Source: an uncultured Hyphomicrobiales bacterium
GTDB lineage: Bacteria > Bacteroidota > Ignavibacteria > Kapaibacteriales > UBA2268
DNA length: 64,000 nt
Direction: 5' to 3'
Assembly (NCBI GenBank): GCA_964473465.1
Contig: CAYYPE010000002.1
Coordinates: forward strand, 48,487-112,486
Shown here: piece after piece, positions 20,320 to 29,867 of the stretch
Numbering within the stretch: the first letter of the stretch is position 1
Layout of the letters: the number at the start of each line of letters is the position of its first letter
Program-made: the position numbers and the translations under genes
Notes under the pieces: model-generated
What the model was told of the DNA's origin: nothing
Database searches by the model: none
Seen by the model: only the letters and a program-made list of their open reading frames with translations

Positions 20320-22008
20320 TTATTTACTACCACAATTGCAATCTTTTTCTTCAGGATTTTCAGAGAGTTCGGCATCAGCAACATCAAAATCAGGGCTGCC
20401 GCCCAAGACCATTTCCAACATATCTAAAAGGTATTCAAAATTAGGTTCGCTAACATCATAATTCATTTCGCTCTCGAATGTTTCAAGAGGAATATCTTTT
20501 GGGATAATAAAATCATCTCTGTTAATTCCTTTGCAAATAATAGGATATTTTTTGCAAATGTCATCGAATTTTAATTTATCTTTCTTCATCAGTTCGCAAA
20601 TTTTTGGGTATTTCTGGCAAATTGAAATTAGAACCGGGAAAAGCTTCTTAATTATTTTGCATCCATCAACAACACCATAGCCATAGTAATAGTCCCAACC
20701 TGTTGCCCCTAAATCTTTGGCTGTGCTTGTTACTAAATTCTTGATTGAAGCAGGTGAAGTAATAGCAGAACCGGGATTAAAAGGACGTCTTGTTCTAATT
20801 GCAGCATAAACCCCGGCAACTACAGGACAGGCAGCAGAAGTTCCGCCGTCAGAAGAATAAACACCACTTCCAGAAAAATGTGTATAACCTGTTATATCAG
20901 GTTTTTTGTCAGTTAAACAACCCGGTCCTTTATTCGAATAACCAACTCTATCAAAATTTGTTGCCACACCAGCAACCGTCGTAACATATGGAGATGAATT
21001 AGCACCATAAATACCGCCATTTGTAACACCTTTGCAACGACTATCGGGACATTCAGGCCCACAGTTACCAGCAGCAAACAAAATATCAGCACCTAATTGA
21101 GAAAGTTTTTTAACTATTAAATTAAAAGGATGATTAGGATTGTGACTGAAATTTCCGGGATGTCCAACAGGAAAATCCCAGCTGGGATGAAACATTCCCC
21201 AGCTATTATTTACCACCAATGAAGGATTTTCTCCCGGCCTTTTTACTCTTGTGAAAAATTTGATTAAATGGTCATAGGCTTTAATTGCGTCAGACAAAAA
21301 GCCTGACATGATTGTTGGACCAGATACTTGAGTAGTCAATAAAGCAATATCCAACAAAGTGCATTGAGGGGCTGCGATGCAAACATCGTAAGCGCACATG
21401 GTTCCATGTCCGACGGGAGCATTGCCGGGAGTAACAGAAGATGAAGAAGGTTTCCAGCTCCATGCTGCATTAAATCCCGGATTTTTTCCTTTTGAATTAA
21501 GATAGCTCATGTTGATACCTGTATCAACAATAGCAACATAAACACCCTGTCCTGTCATACCTTTTGCTTTCATACCCGGAACACATAGCAAATTTTCAAC
21601 AGTTGTTGAATTTCCAACAGGTGCACTGCCCGGACATACCAGTTGAGGTTCGATAGAAACGTCAGAATAAATGCCTACAACATCACTATTAGCTGCCATT
21701 TCTGCTTCGAATGATTCCAAATTTTCTTCATCTACCTCACCTCGCAATATATATGTATTATTTTCTACCTGTGGATCAATTGTAAATTCACCGCTCGATT
21801 CGTATCTTGCAGTAGATAAGAAATCGGGATTCATACTTACAAGATTTGGATTTTCCGCAACTCCGAACTCAGTATCAACAGTAAAAAAACTGCTTTCAAA
21901 AACTGATTTCATTGAAAATGCACTTTGATCTGTCATACTTAATTCATGACTTGCTTGTTCAAGTGTAGCAGAATGCTTTAATTCTACTATAAGTTTAATT
22001 TTTTTCAT
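20320..22008 (-). CDS. S8 subtilase, no signal peptide, Cys-rich, with C-terminal extension
   Basis: Catalytic triad VAIVDTG / GHGTMCA / GTSAACP, oxyanion FAAGN, N-terminal propeptide region. Confidence 0.9.
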   Translation of the reverse strand: MKKIKLIVELKHSATLEQASHELSMTDQSAFSMKSVFESSFFTVDTEFGVAENPNLVSMNPDFLSTARYESSGEFTIDPQVENNTYILRGEVDEENLESFEAEMAANSDVVGIYSDVSIEPQLVCPGSAPVGNSTTVENLLCVPGMKAKGMTGQGVYVAIVDTGINMSYLNSKGKNPGFNAAWSWKPSSSSVTPGNAPVGHGTMCAYDVCIAAPQCTLLDIALLTTQVSGPTIMSGFLSDAIKAYDHLIKFFTRVKRPGENPSLVVNNSWGMFHPSWDFPVGHPGNFSHNPNHPFNLIVKKLSQLGADILFAAGNCGPECPDSRCKGVTNGGIYGANSSPYVTTVAGVATNFDRVGYSNKGPGCLTDKKPDITGYTHFSGSGVYSSDGGTSAACPVVAGVYAAIRTRRPFNPGSAITSPASIKNLVTSTAKDLGATGWDYYYGYGVVDGCKIIKKLFPVLISICQKYPKICELMKKDKLKFDDICKKYPIICKGINRDDFIIPKDIPLETFESEMNYDVSEPNFEYLLDMLEMVLGGSPDFDVADAELSENPEEKDCNCGSK

Positions 22009-22370
22009 AACTTTCCTGGATTTAATTATGCCTACTCTTTACAGTTTTCAGCAAACCTGTTGCTTACTTTTTTATTTGGTGTCGTTTTTCAGCAAGTTCG
22101 ACTTTGGGCAGGTTATCCCCTTGAATACCTTCGATACTCCTTTGAAGTTGATAATCATATTGAAAATGATAGAAATGAAATTCGAATTAATTACAGGTTT
22201 AAAATACAACTAAATCATTAAAATTTTATTTAAGTTTAGGTTAATGTTCAGTCTAATATGTATTAATTAATGATTTAGATAGTATTAATACAATGAAAAG
22301 AAATTTGATTACTTTGCAGGAAAAAATTATCCTGAAAATTATATAATAACATAACCTGTCAATCTTTTAT

Positions 22371-23324
22371 TTAAATCTTAAGAGAAATGTCTATTGGGCA
22401 ATGATCGCTTGCTGCAGGTCTGCTTTTGCCTATGCCGGGATATCGGTAACCGTCGTATCTGCTGGCATTGAGACATAATCCCTTCCTGATGATAACAGGA
22501 AGCTCTGAAATGTTTTCTTCCGCTAATTTTTTGGATAGGAGTATATAATCCAGTTGCTTGTATCTTTCATCAACCGGAACCGAGGATTTATCCCAATAAT
22601 GAGTCCAGCGTTCGCTATCTGGCAGTCTTGTAAAAATTATATTATCAATCCATGGGTTATCAAGTAATACATTTAATGAAGAGTCAGAAGATGGATAGTC
22701 GTTCAAATCTCCTAATACAATCCAGTTAGAATTGCCGGGATCATCACCAAACCTTGACTTGAGTATATTAACCACTGCTCTGGCTTGTTCTTTTCTTCTT
22801 GAAGCAGTATTCTTTCTACCGTTTTTCGGGTCTTTTTTGTCAAACATACTCTTAAAATGGTTAATGAACAGGTAAAGTGGCTCGCCATCAATAGTAAACT
22901 TTACTTCAAGGCAATCCCGGCTAAATACAAAATCCTTTTTATTTGAAGATTTTATGTATTGATGTGTTATAACATAATCAAAAGGTATCTTGCTGATAAA
23001 TGCTACGTCAATGAAACGAGGATCGTTTCCATCAATAAGCAAATTATATTTGTATCCCTTGTTTTTAAGATGAGTGCTTACAAAATCTTTCAGAGTATCT
23101 AAATTTTCGATTTCAACCAGTGCCATAATGTCTGCTTTGCAATCAAGAATTGCTTTAGCTGTAAAAGCTTTTTCTGTATCAGGGATGATTTCGAAAAGGG
23201 CTCTGTCAATAATAAATCCATTCTTAATCGCTTTTTCTATTTTTTCAGGAGATGCTTGCGAGCTGAATTTGAATCTTCGGAACAAATTTTCGCAATTGAA
23301 TGTTGCTATTGTAATCTTTTTCAT
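22371..23324 (-). CDS. Endonuclease/exonuclease/phosphatase (EEP) family protein
   Basis: ATFNCENLF, LVEIE, INHFKS, LGDLND, LDYIL, ASDHCP. Confidence 0.88.
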   Translation of the reverse strand: MKKITIATFNCENLFRRFKFSSQASPEKIEKAIKNGFIIDRALFEIIPDTEKAFTAKAILDCKADIMALVEIENLDTLKDFVSTHLKNKGYKYNLLIDGNDPRFIDVAFISKIPFDYVITHQYIKSSNKKDFVFSRDCLEVKFTIDGEPLYLFINHFKSMFDKKDPKNGRKNTASRRKEQARAVVNILKSRFGDDPGNSNWIVLGDLNDYPSSDSSLNVLLDNPWIDNIIFTRLPDSERWTHYWDKSSVPVDERYKQLDYILLSKKLAEENISELPVIIRKGLCLNASRYDGYRYPGIGKSRPAASDHCPIDISLKI

Positions 23325-23662
23325 AATTGTTTCAGATATAAATAATTCTTTTAATATTTTTCTGGAAATAAAGCGATCATAAGTCTTTCAGCATCTTAAC
23401 ATCTTATAATTATAGCTTTCTTAATTTCAATAAATATATTCCAAAGAGGATATAGTAATATTTAACGAATAAATGTTTCGTCTGAATCCCAAAAATAAAA
23501 ATATCATAAATTTGTTAAATTTTAATAAATTATAAAAAATAATAGTGATATATTTCAAGAAGTTATTTATTAATGAATTCTTACAAATACTAAAAATCAG
23601 ACACTTAAACAATAGAAAGCAGACTAAAACGAAACATTATTTTTGTTTTTTTATTTTAACTT

Positions 23663-24532
23663 ATGGACAAAATTAAGATTGTGGACTGTCCACGTGATGC
23701 GATGCAAGGTATTCACGAGTTTATTCCAACAGAAATCAAAGCTGAATATATTAATTCTTTATTAAAGATTGGATTTGATACGCTTGACTTTGGTAGTTTT
23801 GTTTCTCCTAAATCAATACCCCAGATGCAAGATACTGCAGAGGTTCTAAAAATGTTAGAACTTGATCCCGAAGGGACAAAACTATTAGCTATTATAGCAA
23901 ATTTCAGAGGAGCAAAGGATGCATGTCAATTTTCGGAAATAAAATATTTAGGTTTTCCATTTTCAATCTCTGAATCTTTTCAAATGCTTAACATTAATGC
24001 ATCTGTCAAAGAATCCTTGGGAAGAATCGAAGAAATAAATGTAGTGCATAAGCTTTGCGATATGTATAATAAAAATCTGGTTATTTATCTTTCTATGGCT
24101 TTTGGTAATCCTTATGGTGATGAATGGTCAATAGATCTTTTGAATGAATATATCAAAAAGCTTAAATCTATGGGCATCAAATATATAGCTCTTTCAGATA
24201 CTGTCGGTTTCTCAACTCCCGAAGTTATCAATAATATTTTCAATTTATTCATCAATGAATATCCTGAAATTGAATTTGGAGCCCACTTTCATTCCACTGC
24301 AAACACATGGAAAGAAAAAGTTGAGGCTGCTTATCAGTCCGGTTGTAGAAGATTCGATGGGGCATTACGGGGATATGGTGGCTGCCCGCTTTCTGCTTAT
24401 CACCTTGTTGGAAACATTGCCACTGAGAATATCATTTTTTATTTTCAGGATATGGGCATCGAAACGGGAATAAATTTTGATGCCCTTCATTACAGTATGA
24501 ATCTGGCACAGAAAGTGTTCCCTCAATATTGA
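23663..24532 (+). CDS. Hydroxymethylglutaryl-CoA lyase family protein
   Basis: CPRDAMQG, DFGSFVSPK, LSDTVG, HFH, GYGGCP, GNIATE. Confidence 0.85.
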   Translation: MDKIKIVDCPRDAMQGIHEFIPTEIKAEYINSLLKIGFDTLDFGSFVSPKSIPQMQDTAEVLKMLELDPEGTKLLAIIANFRGAKDACQFSEIKYLGFPFSISESFQMLNINASVKESLGRIEEINVVHKLCDMYNKNLVIYLSMAFGNPYGDEWSIDLLNEYIKKLKSMGIKYIALSDTVGFSTPEVINNIFNLFINEYPEIEFGAHFHSTANTWKEKVEAAYQSGCRRFDGALRGYGGCPLSAYHLVGNIATENIIFYFQDMGIETGINFDALHYSMNLAQKVFPQY

Positions 24533-26007
24533 TTGCTATGGAAAATTATTTTAAGAAATTCAGAAATAATACTATTGGAATAAATCATATCTTTAAAAGT
24601 CCATTCGGAGAAAAAAAGTTAATTTATACCGACTGGACAGCAAGCGGACGTCTGTATAGACCTATCGAAGAATTTATATCCAATAAACTCGGTCCTTTTC
24701 TTGGCAACACTCACTCAGAGACAACGGTAACCGGCACAACAATGACAGAAGCATATCATCTTGCAAAATCAATAATAAAAAAGCATGTTAATGCTGATAA
24801 AGATGATGTGATTATTTGTGCTGGTTCAGGAATGACGGGGGTAATTAATAAATTTCAAAGGATTCTTGGGCTCAGGCTTCACGAAAGCTTTAAATCCTAT
24901 GTCTATATTTCCGGCGTTGATAAACCTGTTATTTTTATATCAAGTATGGAGCATCATTCCAATCAGACTTCATGGCTCGAAACAATTGCTGATGTTGAAA
25001 TAATCGGTCTTGATAATGATGGTTTAACCGATTTGAATCATTTTGAAGAACTTATCAAAAAATATAAGGATAGAAAATTAAAAATAGCTGCCATTACTTC
25101 ATGTTCAAACGTAACTGGCGTATTTACTCCTTATAAAGAAATAGCCAGAATAATTCATTCTTACGGAGGTTATTGCTTTGTAGATTTTGCTGCTTCTGCT
25201 CCATATATTGAAATAAACATGCACCCGGAAGAAACCGGTGCTCATCTTGATGCTGTATTTTTTTCACCTCATAAATTTCTTGGAGGACCCGGGAGCAGCG
25301 GTGTGTTAATTTTTAATTCAAAACTCTACAAAAATAATGTGCCTGATAATCCCGGAGGTGGAACTGTTGAATGGACCAATCCATGGGGCGAACATAAATT
25401 TGTGGACGACATTGAAGCAAGGGAAGATGGCGGAACACCCCCTTTTCTCCAGACAATCAGGGCAGCACTTGCTGTTAAGTTGAAAGAGCAGATGGGAACA
25501 GAAAATATAAGAGAAAGAGAAGATGAAATACTGCATCTGGCTTGGAACAAACTTCCGGAGGTTCCCGATATTAAAATTTTAGCTGATAATATTAAAAACC
25601 GTTTACCGATTTTTTCATTCTATTTTGAAAATATTCATTATAATTTTATGGTTCGCCTGCTGAATGATGTTTATGGAATCCAGAGCAGGGGCGGTTGTTC
25701 TTGTGCCGGAACTTATGGACATATTCTTTTGAATGTTGATTTTTCAAAATCAAAGAGGATAACTGAAAAAATCAATCTCGGGGATATTTCTATAAAACCT
25801 GGCTGGGTAAGAGTTTCTTTCCATCCTATAAACACAAATGAGGAAATTGAATTTGTAATTAATAGTATATCTGAACTTGCAAAAGTCCATGAGAAATATG
25901 ATAAATATTACAAAAGGAAACCTTTTTCGAATGATTATGAATATATAGGGGAAAACAAATCGAATTTCTCAGAAATTGAAGAAATTTTCAAATCATGCTT
26001 AGAATGA
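24529..26007 (+). CDS. Class V PLP aminotransferase / cysteine desulfurase-like protein
   Basis: DWTASGR, EHHSN, DFAAS, FSPHKFLGGPG (PLP lysine), RGGCSCAG; ATG at 24538 is an alternative start. Confidence 0.85.
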   Translation: MIAMENYFKKFRNNTIGINHIFKSPFGEKKLIYTDWTASGRLYRPIEEFISNKLGPFLGNTHSETTVTGTTMTEAYHLAKSIIKKHVNADKDDVIICAGSGMTGVINKFQRILGLRLHESFKSYVYISGVDKPVIFISSMEHHSNQTSWLETIADVEIIGLDNDGLTDLNHFEELIKKYKDRKLKIAAITSCSNVTGVFTPYKEIARIIHSYGGYCFVDFAASAPYIEINMHPEETGAHLDAVFFSPHKFLGGPGSSGVLIFNSKLYKNNVPDNPGGGTVEWTNPWGEHKFVDDIEAREDGGTPPFLQTIRAALAVKLKEQMGTENIREREDEILHLAWNKLPEVPDIKILADNIKNRLPIFSFYFENIHYNFMVRLLNDVYGIQSRGGCSCAGTYGHILLNVDFSKSKRITEKINLGDISIKPGWVRVSFHPINTNEEIEFVINSISELAKVHEKYDKYYKRKPFSNDYEYIGENKSNFSEIEEIFKSCLE

Positions 26008-26058
26008 AAAAATTGGAAAAGACAAAAAAAAGTTGCAATTTTGTAATTCTAAAATAAT

Positions 26059-26133
26059 CGGCGTGTGGCGCAGCCCGGCTAGCGCACTTGCTTGGGGTGC
26101 AAGGGGTCGTGGGTTCAAATCCCGCCACGCCGA
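26059..26133 (+). tRNA. tRNA-Pro (GGG)
   Basis: Acceptor stem CGGCGTG/CACGCCG, D stem GCGC, anticodon arm CTTGC-TTGGGGT-GCAAG, T loop GGTTCAAATCC; CCA not encoded. Confidence 0.95.
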
Positions 26134-26178
26134 CTACTGTTAAGATTCTTTTTTCAAGATTATCTTTTTGCCCGATAA

Positions 26179-26802
26179 ATGCTAACACTTTTTCTTGTCT
26201 GTCTGATTATTGGTGGTGGGCTTCTTGCTTTTTCTCTTCTTAGCGGAACACACGATAATTCAACAATCGACCATTCGGGAGAACTTCAAATTGAACATGA
26301 ACTGGAGTATAGTGCAGATGTTCATACAGACAGTCATTTCTCTTCACACGATTTACATCAGGCTGATACTCATAATGTTAATGCAACTGAAACAGTGAAA
26401 TTTTTCAGCTTTCGAAATTTCATTTATTTCTTAACTTTTTTTGGTTTAACAGGCACTTTACTCACCCTTTTTGATATAAATTATATTATTGCCCTTCTAA
26501 GTTCCTTTGGTATTGGGATACTCTCCTATGTTTTTGGTTTCAAGCTGATGAAATACTTCAAATCAAGCGAAACCGGCGAAATAGTCAATATTTACAACCT
26601 GATTGGCAGAACAGGTAAGGTAGAAATGGAAATAGTCGGAGGAAATAAAGGAAAAATTCTTGTTAATTTTGGTGGCAGACTTATTGAGCTTATAGCAATT
26701 AAATCTGAAACCGATGAAACAGAATCCATTAAATCGGGAGAAGAAGTTCTTATTACCGATATTCAGCAGAATATAGCAATCGTTGAAAAAATTGATTTTT
26801 AA
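26179..26802 (+). CDS. NfeD-like (YqiJ-type) membrane protein
   Basis: Four hydrophobic segments, His-rich loop, FFSFRNF motif and C-terminal OB-fold-like LIGRTG.V...G.I...GEEV.I; upstream of flotillin. Confidence 0.8.
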   Translation: MLTLFLVCLIIGGGLLAFSLLSGTHDNSTIDHSGELQIEHELEYSADVHTDSHFSSHDLHQADTHNVNATETVKFFSFRNFIYFLTFFGLTGTLLTLFDINYIIALLSSFGIGILSYVFGFKLMKYFKSSETGEIVNIYNLIGRTGKVEMEIVGGNKGKILVNFGGRLIELIAIKSETDETESIKSGEEVLITDIQQNIAIVEKIDF

Positions 26803-26819
26803 TTAATAAAGGATAGTTT

Positions 26820-28415
26820 ATGGAATCATTAATTTTAATTATAGCAGTAGTTGCAGTTGTTGCTATAATTGTAATCTTCACAGCCATAAGCAAATTATTG
26901 CTTATTGCCCAGCCAAACGAAGTAATTGTCCTTTCGGGACGCAAAAGAAGATTGCCAAACGGAGAAATAGTTGGCTATCGGGTTATCTCTGGAGGTCGTG
27001 CTATAAAAATGCCACTAATTGAAAAAGCTTCAAGAATTTCGCTCGAAACAATTCCTATTGAGCTGCAGATAAAAAATGCCTATTCAAAGGGGGGTATTCC
27101 ACTCATTGTAAATGCTATCGCAAATATAAAAATTGACTCATCAGAGCCTGCTTTCGGCAATGCCGTTGAAAGATTCCTGACTATGTCAATGGAACATATC
27201 CACAAGATTGCAAAAGATACACTGGAAGGAAATCTGAGAGGCGTCCTTGCAACTCTTACTCCTGAAGAAGTAAACGAAGACAGATTAAAATTTGCTCAAA
27301 GCCTTATTGAAGAAGCTCATAATGATATTCAGCAGCTTGGTTTGAAGTTAGATACATTAAAAATAACAAACATTTCTGACGAAGCGGGTTATTTGGATTC
27401 AATTGGACGCCAGAAGACAGCCGATGTTATATCACGAGCAAGAAAAGCAGAAGCAGATAAAAAGGCTGAAGCCGAAGAAGCAGAAGCCTTAGCTCTCGAA
27501 AGAGCAGAAAAAGCTAAAGCAAAAGCCAAGCAGGAAATCGAAACTGCCCAGATACTCGCTGAGCAAAATATTATGATTGCAAATGCGAACAAAAGAGCTG
27601 AAACCGAGGCTGCAGACGCTCTCTCTCTCGAAAAAGCTGAAAAATCAAAAGCTGTTGCCAAACAAGAAATCGAAACAGCACAAATTCTTGCTCAACAGAA
27701 AATATCAATTGCAAATGCTATTAGAGAAGCTGAAGTTAATGCCGCAAATGCCGAAGCCTTAGAACGCTCCGAAAAAGCTAAAGCAAAAGCTATGCAGGAA
27801 ATTGAAACTGCTAAAATACAAACAGAGCAAAATGTTCAAATTTATAATGCCAAAGCCCAAACTCAAATAGAAACAGAGCGTAATTTCCTAAGAATCAAAA
27901 AGGCAGAACTCGAAAAAGATGCAGTGATCAAGGAAAGAGAAGCAGAAATTGCAGGCGAAAAAGCTAAAGTCGTCTTTGAACAGGAAGTTCAGCAGGAGCG
28001 TATTGAACTGCAACGAAAACAACTTCTTGCAGATGTTATTGAACCGGCAAAAGCCAAAAAAGAAGCTATGGAACTCGAAGCACGTGGTAGTGCAGCTTCG
28101 ATAGTTGCCAACGGCGAAGCACAAATACAAATTTTGGGTCAAATGCTGGATGTTTACCTGAAATCAAATGGAGAAGGCGAAAAAGTTTTTGTCCTCAGCA
28201 ATTTGCCTAAGATTATAGAGCAAATAACAAGCACAGTTAAGGGATTGCAGATTGACAAACTTAGCATAATTGATACAGGCTCAGGTAATAGCAAGGGTGG
28301 CGTTGATAATTTAATCAATCAGGTTCCGGGAGCAGTTTTTTCAATCGGAGAAATCATTGAAAATGCCACAGGAATTAATATATTCGACCAATTCAAGAAA
28401 AAGAAAGATGAATAG
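26820..28415 (+). CDS. Flotillin/SPFH family protein
   Basis: N-terminal TM, PNEVIVLSG, SKGGIPL, LEGNLRGVLA and an Ala/Glu/Lys coiled coil. Confidence 0.9.
   Translation: MESLILIIAVVAVVAIIVIFTAISKLLLIAQPNEVIVLSGRKRRLPNGEIVGYRVISGGRAIKMPLIEKASRISLETIPIELQIKNAYSKGGIPLIVNAIANIKIDSSEPAFGNAVERFLTMSMEHIHKIAKDTLEGNLRGVLATLTPEEVNEDRLKFAQSLIEEAHNDIQQLGLKLDTLKITNISDEAGYLDSIGRQKTADVISRARKAEADKKAEAEEAEALALERAEKAKAKAKQEIETAQILAEQNIMIANANKRAETEAADALSLEKAEKSKAVAKQEIETAQILAQQKISIANAIREAEVNAANAEALERSEKAKAKAMQEIETAKIQTEQNVQIYNAKAQTQIETERNFLRIKKAELEKDAVIKEREAEIAGEKAKVVFEQEVQQERIELQRKQLLADVIEPAKAKKEAMELEARGSAASIVANGEAQIQILGQMLDVYLKSNGEGEKVFVLSNLPKIIEQITSTVKGLQIDKLSIIDTGSGNSKGGVDNLINQVPGAVFSIGEIIENATGINIFDQFKKKKDE
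27465..27860 (+). repeat. Three tandem 44-codon (132-bp) repeats inside flotillin
   Basis: AEAEEAEALALERAEKAKAKAKQEIETAQIL..., AETEAADALSLEKAEKSKAVAKQEIETAQIL..., AEVNAANAEALERSEKAKAKAMQEIETAKIQ... Confidence 0.85.
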
Positions 28416-28445
28416 TTAAACCAATATTTTCTTTATCCAATTTTT

Positions 28446-29339
28446 TTACATTCTGTTTCTTTTCGTTAAATATTCCCTCAGAGCTTTATCAAAAGGCTCT
28501 GAGGTATTTATCAGCTGATATTCGATATTATGATTGTGGCATTCGGTTTCAATATAGGAAATAAAATCCCTGATAGCCATTGAATATGTCTTTTGAATCT
28601 GGAAAGGCTGAGTTATCATTTCTTCTCCGGTTTCCATATCTTTAAAGGTGGCACCGGGACCGAACTTAAAGTCAATCTCGCGTGGATCAAGAACCTGAAA
28701 GGCGATAACCTCGTGATTTTTATGCCTGAAATGTTTCAAAGCATTTAGGACTGATTGTGGGTCATCAAAAAAATCACTAAAAATCACAACCAAGCCACGC
28801 CTTTTTATTCTTTCTGCCAATTCATCTAGTGCTCTGGACGTTCCGGTTTCATTTGCTGGTTTTGTAGCAACAAGAGCCTTAAGAATTTCATAAATATACG
28901 ATGGTTTTGAGCGGGGGGGCAGATATGTCTGGACTTTAGTGTCATAAAGAGCCAGTCCGATTGCATCACGTTGTTTGATAAGCATATAAGCTATGGAAGC
29001 TGCCAGATAGGTAGAATACTCAAATTTTGAAATATTCCCTTTGGAAGCAAAACCCATAGAAGCACTTGAATCAACAGATAAAATGCTTCTTAAATTTGTT
29101 TCCTCCTCGAATTGCTTAACGAAAAATTTTTCTGTCCTGCCAAAAACTTTCCAGTCAATATGTCGTATTTCATCCCCCGGACGATATTGCCGATGCTCAG
29201 CAAATTCAACGCTAAAACCGTGGTAAGGAGAGCGGTGCAAACCTGTTATAAAACCTTCGACAACAAGACGGGCTTTCAACTCAATATTTTCAAGCTGAGC
29301 TATAATTTGTGGTTCAAGATATTTTCTATAATCCTGCAA
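28446..29339 (-). CDS. DUF58 domain protein
   Basis: GLHRSPYHGFSVEFAEHRQYRPGDEIRHIDWK...VKQFEEETN, DSSASM. Confidence 0.92.
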   Translation of the reverse strand: MQDYRKYLEPQIIAQLENIELKARLVVEGFITGLHRSPYHGFSVEFAEHRQYRPGDEIRHIDWKVFGRTEKFFVKQFEEETNLRSILSVDSSASMGFASKGNISKFEYSTYLAASIAYMLIKQRDAIGLALYDTKVQTYLPPRSKPSYIYEILKALVATKPANETGTSRALDELAERIKRRGLVVIFSDFFDDPQSVLNALKHFRHKNHEVIAFQVLDPREIDFKFGPGATFKDMETGEEMITQPFQIQKTYSMAIRDFISYIETECHNHNIEYQLINTSEPFDKALREYLTKRNRM

Positions 29340-29360
29340 TGTTTTTGTAGTTAAGTTAAT

Positions 29361-29798
29361 TTATCTTACATTACCGCTAATATAATCCATAAGATATTTA
29401 TTTTCATAAATTTTATCGCTCAATTGAGCCTTGACAACATCTCCGATGGAGATTAAACCGACAAGAATTTTATTATTTAAGACAGGAAGATGTCGAATCC
29501 TGTTTTCAGTCATAATTTTCTGCACATAATCAATTTCATCATCGGGTTCGGCAATTAAAAGTTTTTTGGTCATACAGTCTTTTACTGGTAAATTCAAGAA
29601 AGAGTCAGGGTTGTTGCTACAAGCTTTCAATATATCTCGCTCGCTGATTATTCCGTCGATTTTTCCTTCGCTTGAGATAACAATCAGCACGCCGATATTA
29701 TTTCTTGCAAGAATATCTACGGCATCCCTCAGTAGCTTTTCTTCACCAATGGTAAAAACTTCAGGACCTTTATTTTTTAGTATATCTCGAACTTTCAT
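29361..29798 (-). CDS. CBS domain pair protein
   Basis: GIISERDI, RIRHLPV, GLISIGDVVK. Confidence 0.9.
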   Translation of the reverse strand: MKVRDILKNKGPEVFTIGEEKLLRDAVDILARNNIGVLIVISSEGKIDGIISERDILKACSNNPDSFLNLPVKDCMTKKLLIAEPDDEIDYVQKIMTENRIRHLPVLNNKILVGLISIGDVVKAQLSDKIYENKYLMDYISGNVR

Positions 29799-29867
29799 TT
29801 AACCTCCAAAAATTAAAGAAAATTAATATTTCAGCAAACGTTTGATTGTTTAAAAAATTATCTTTTC

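Noticed and set aside
23325-23662. Very AT-rich spacer and its 61-aa ORF as a possible gene or replication origin
   Set aside because: Low-complexity translation; no DnaA-box cluster or repeats seen
26059-28415. tRNA-Pro as the attachment site of an integrated element
   Set aside because: No integrase and no duplicated tRNA 3' end seen; the downstream genes are ordinary
28446-29339. MoxR/DUF58/vWA chaperone operon linking DUF58 to the vWA gene at 12580
   Set aside because: No MoxR ATPase in the window; the vWA protein is a distant secreted T9SS cargo
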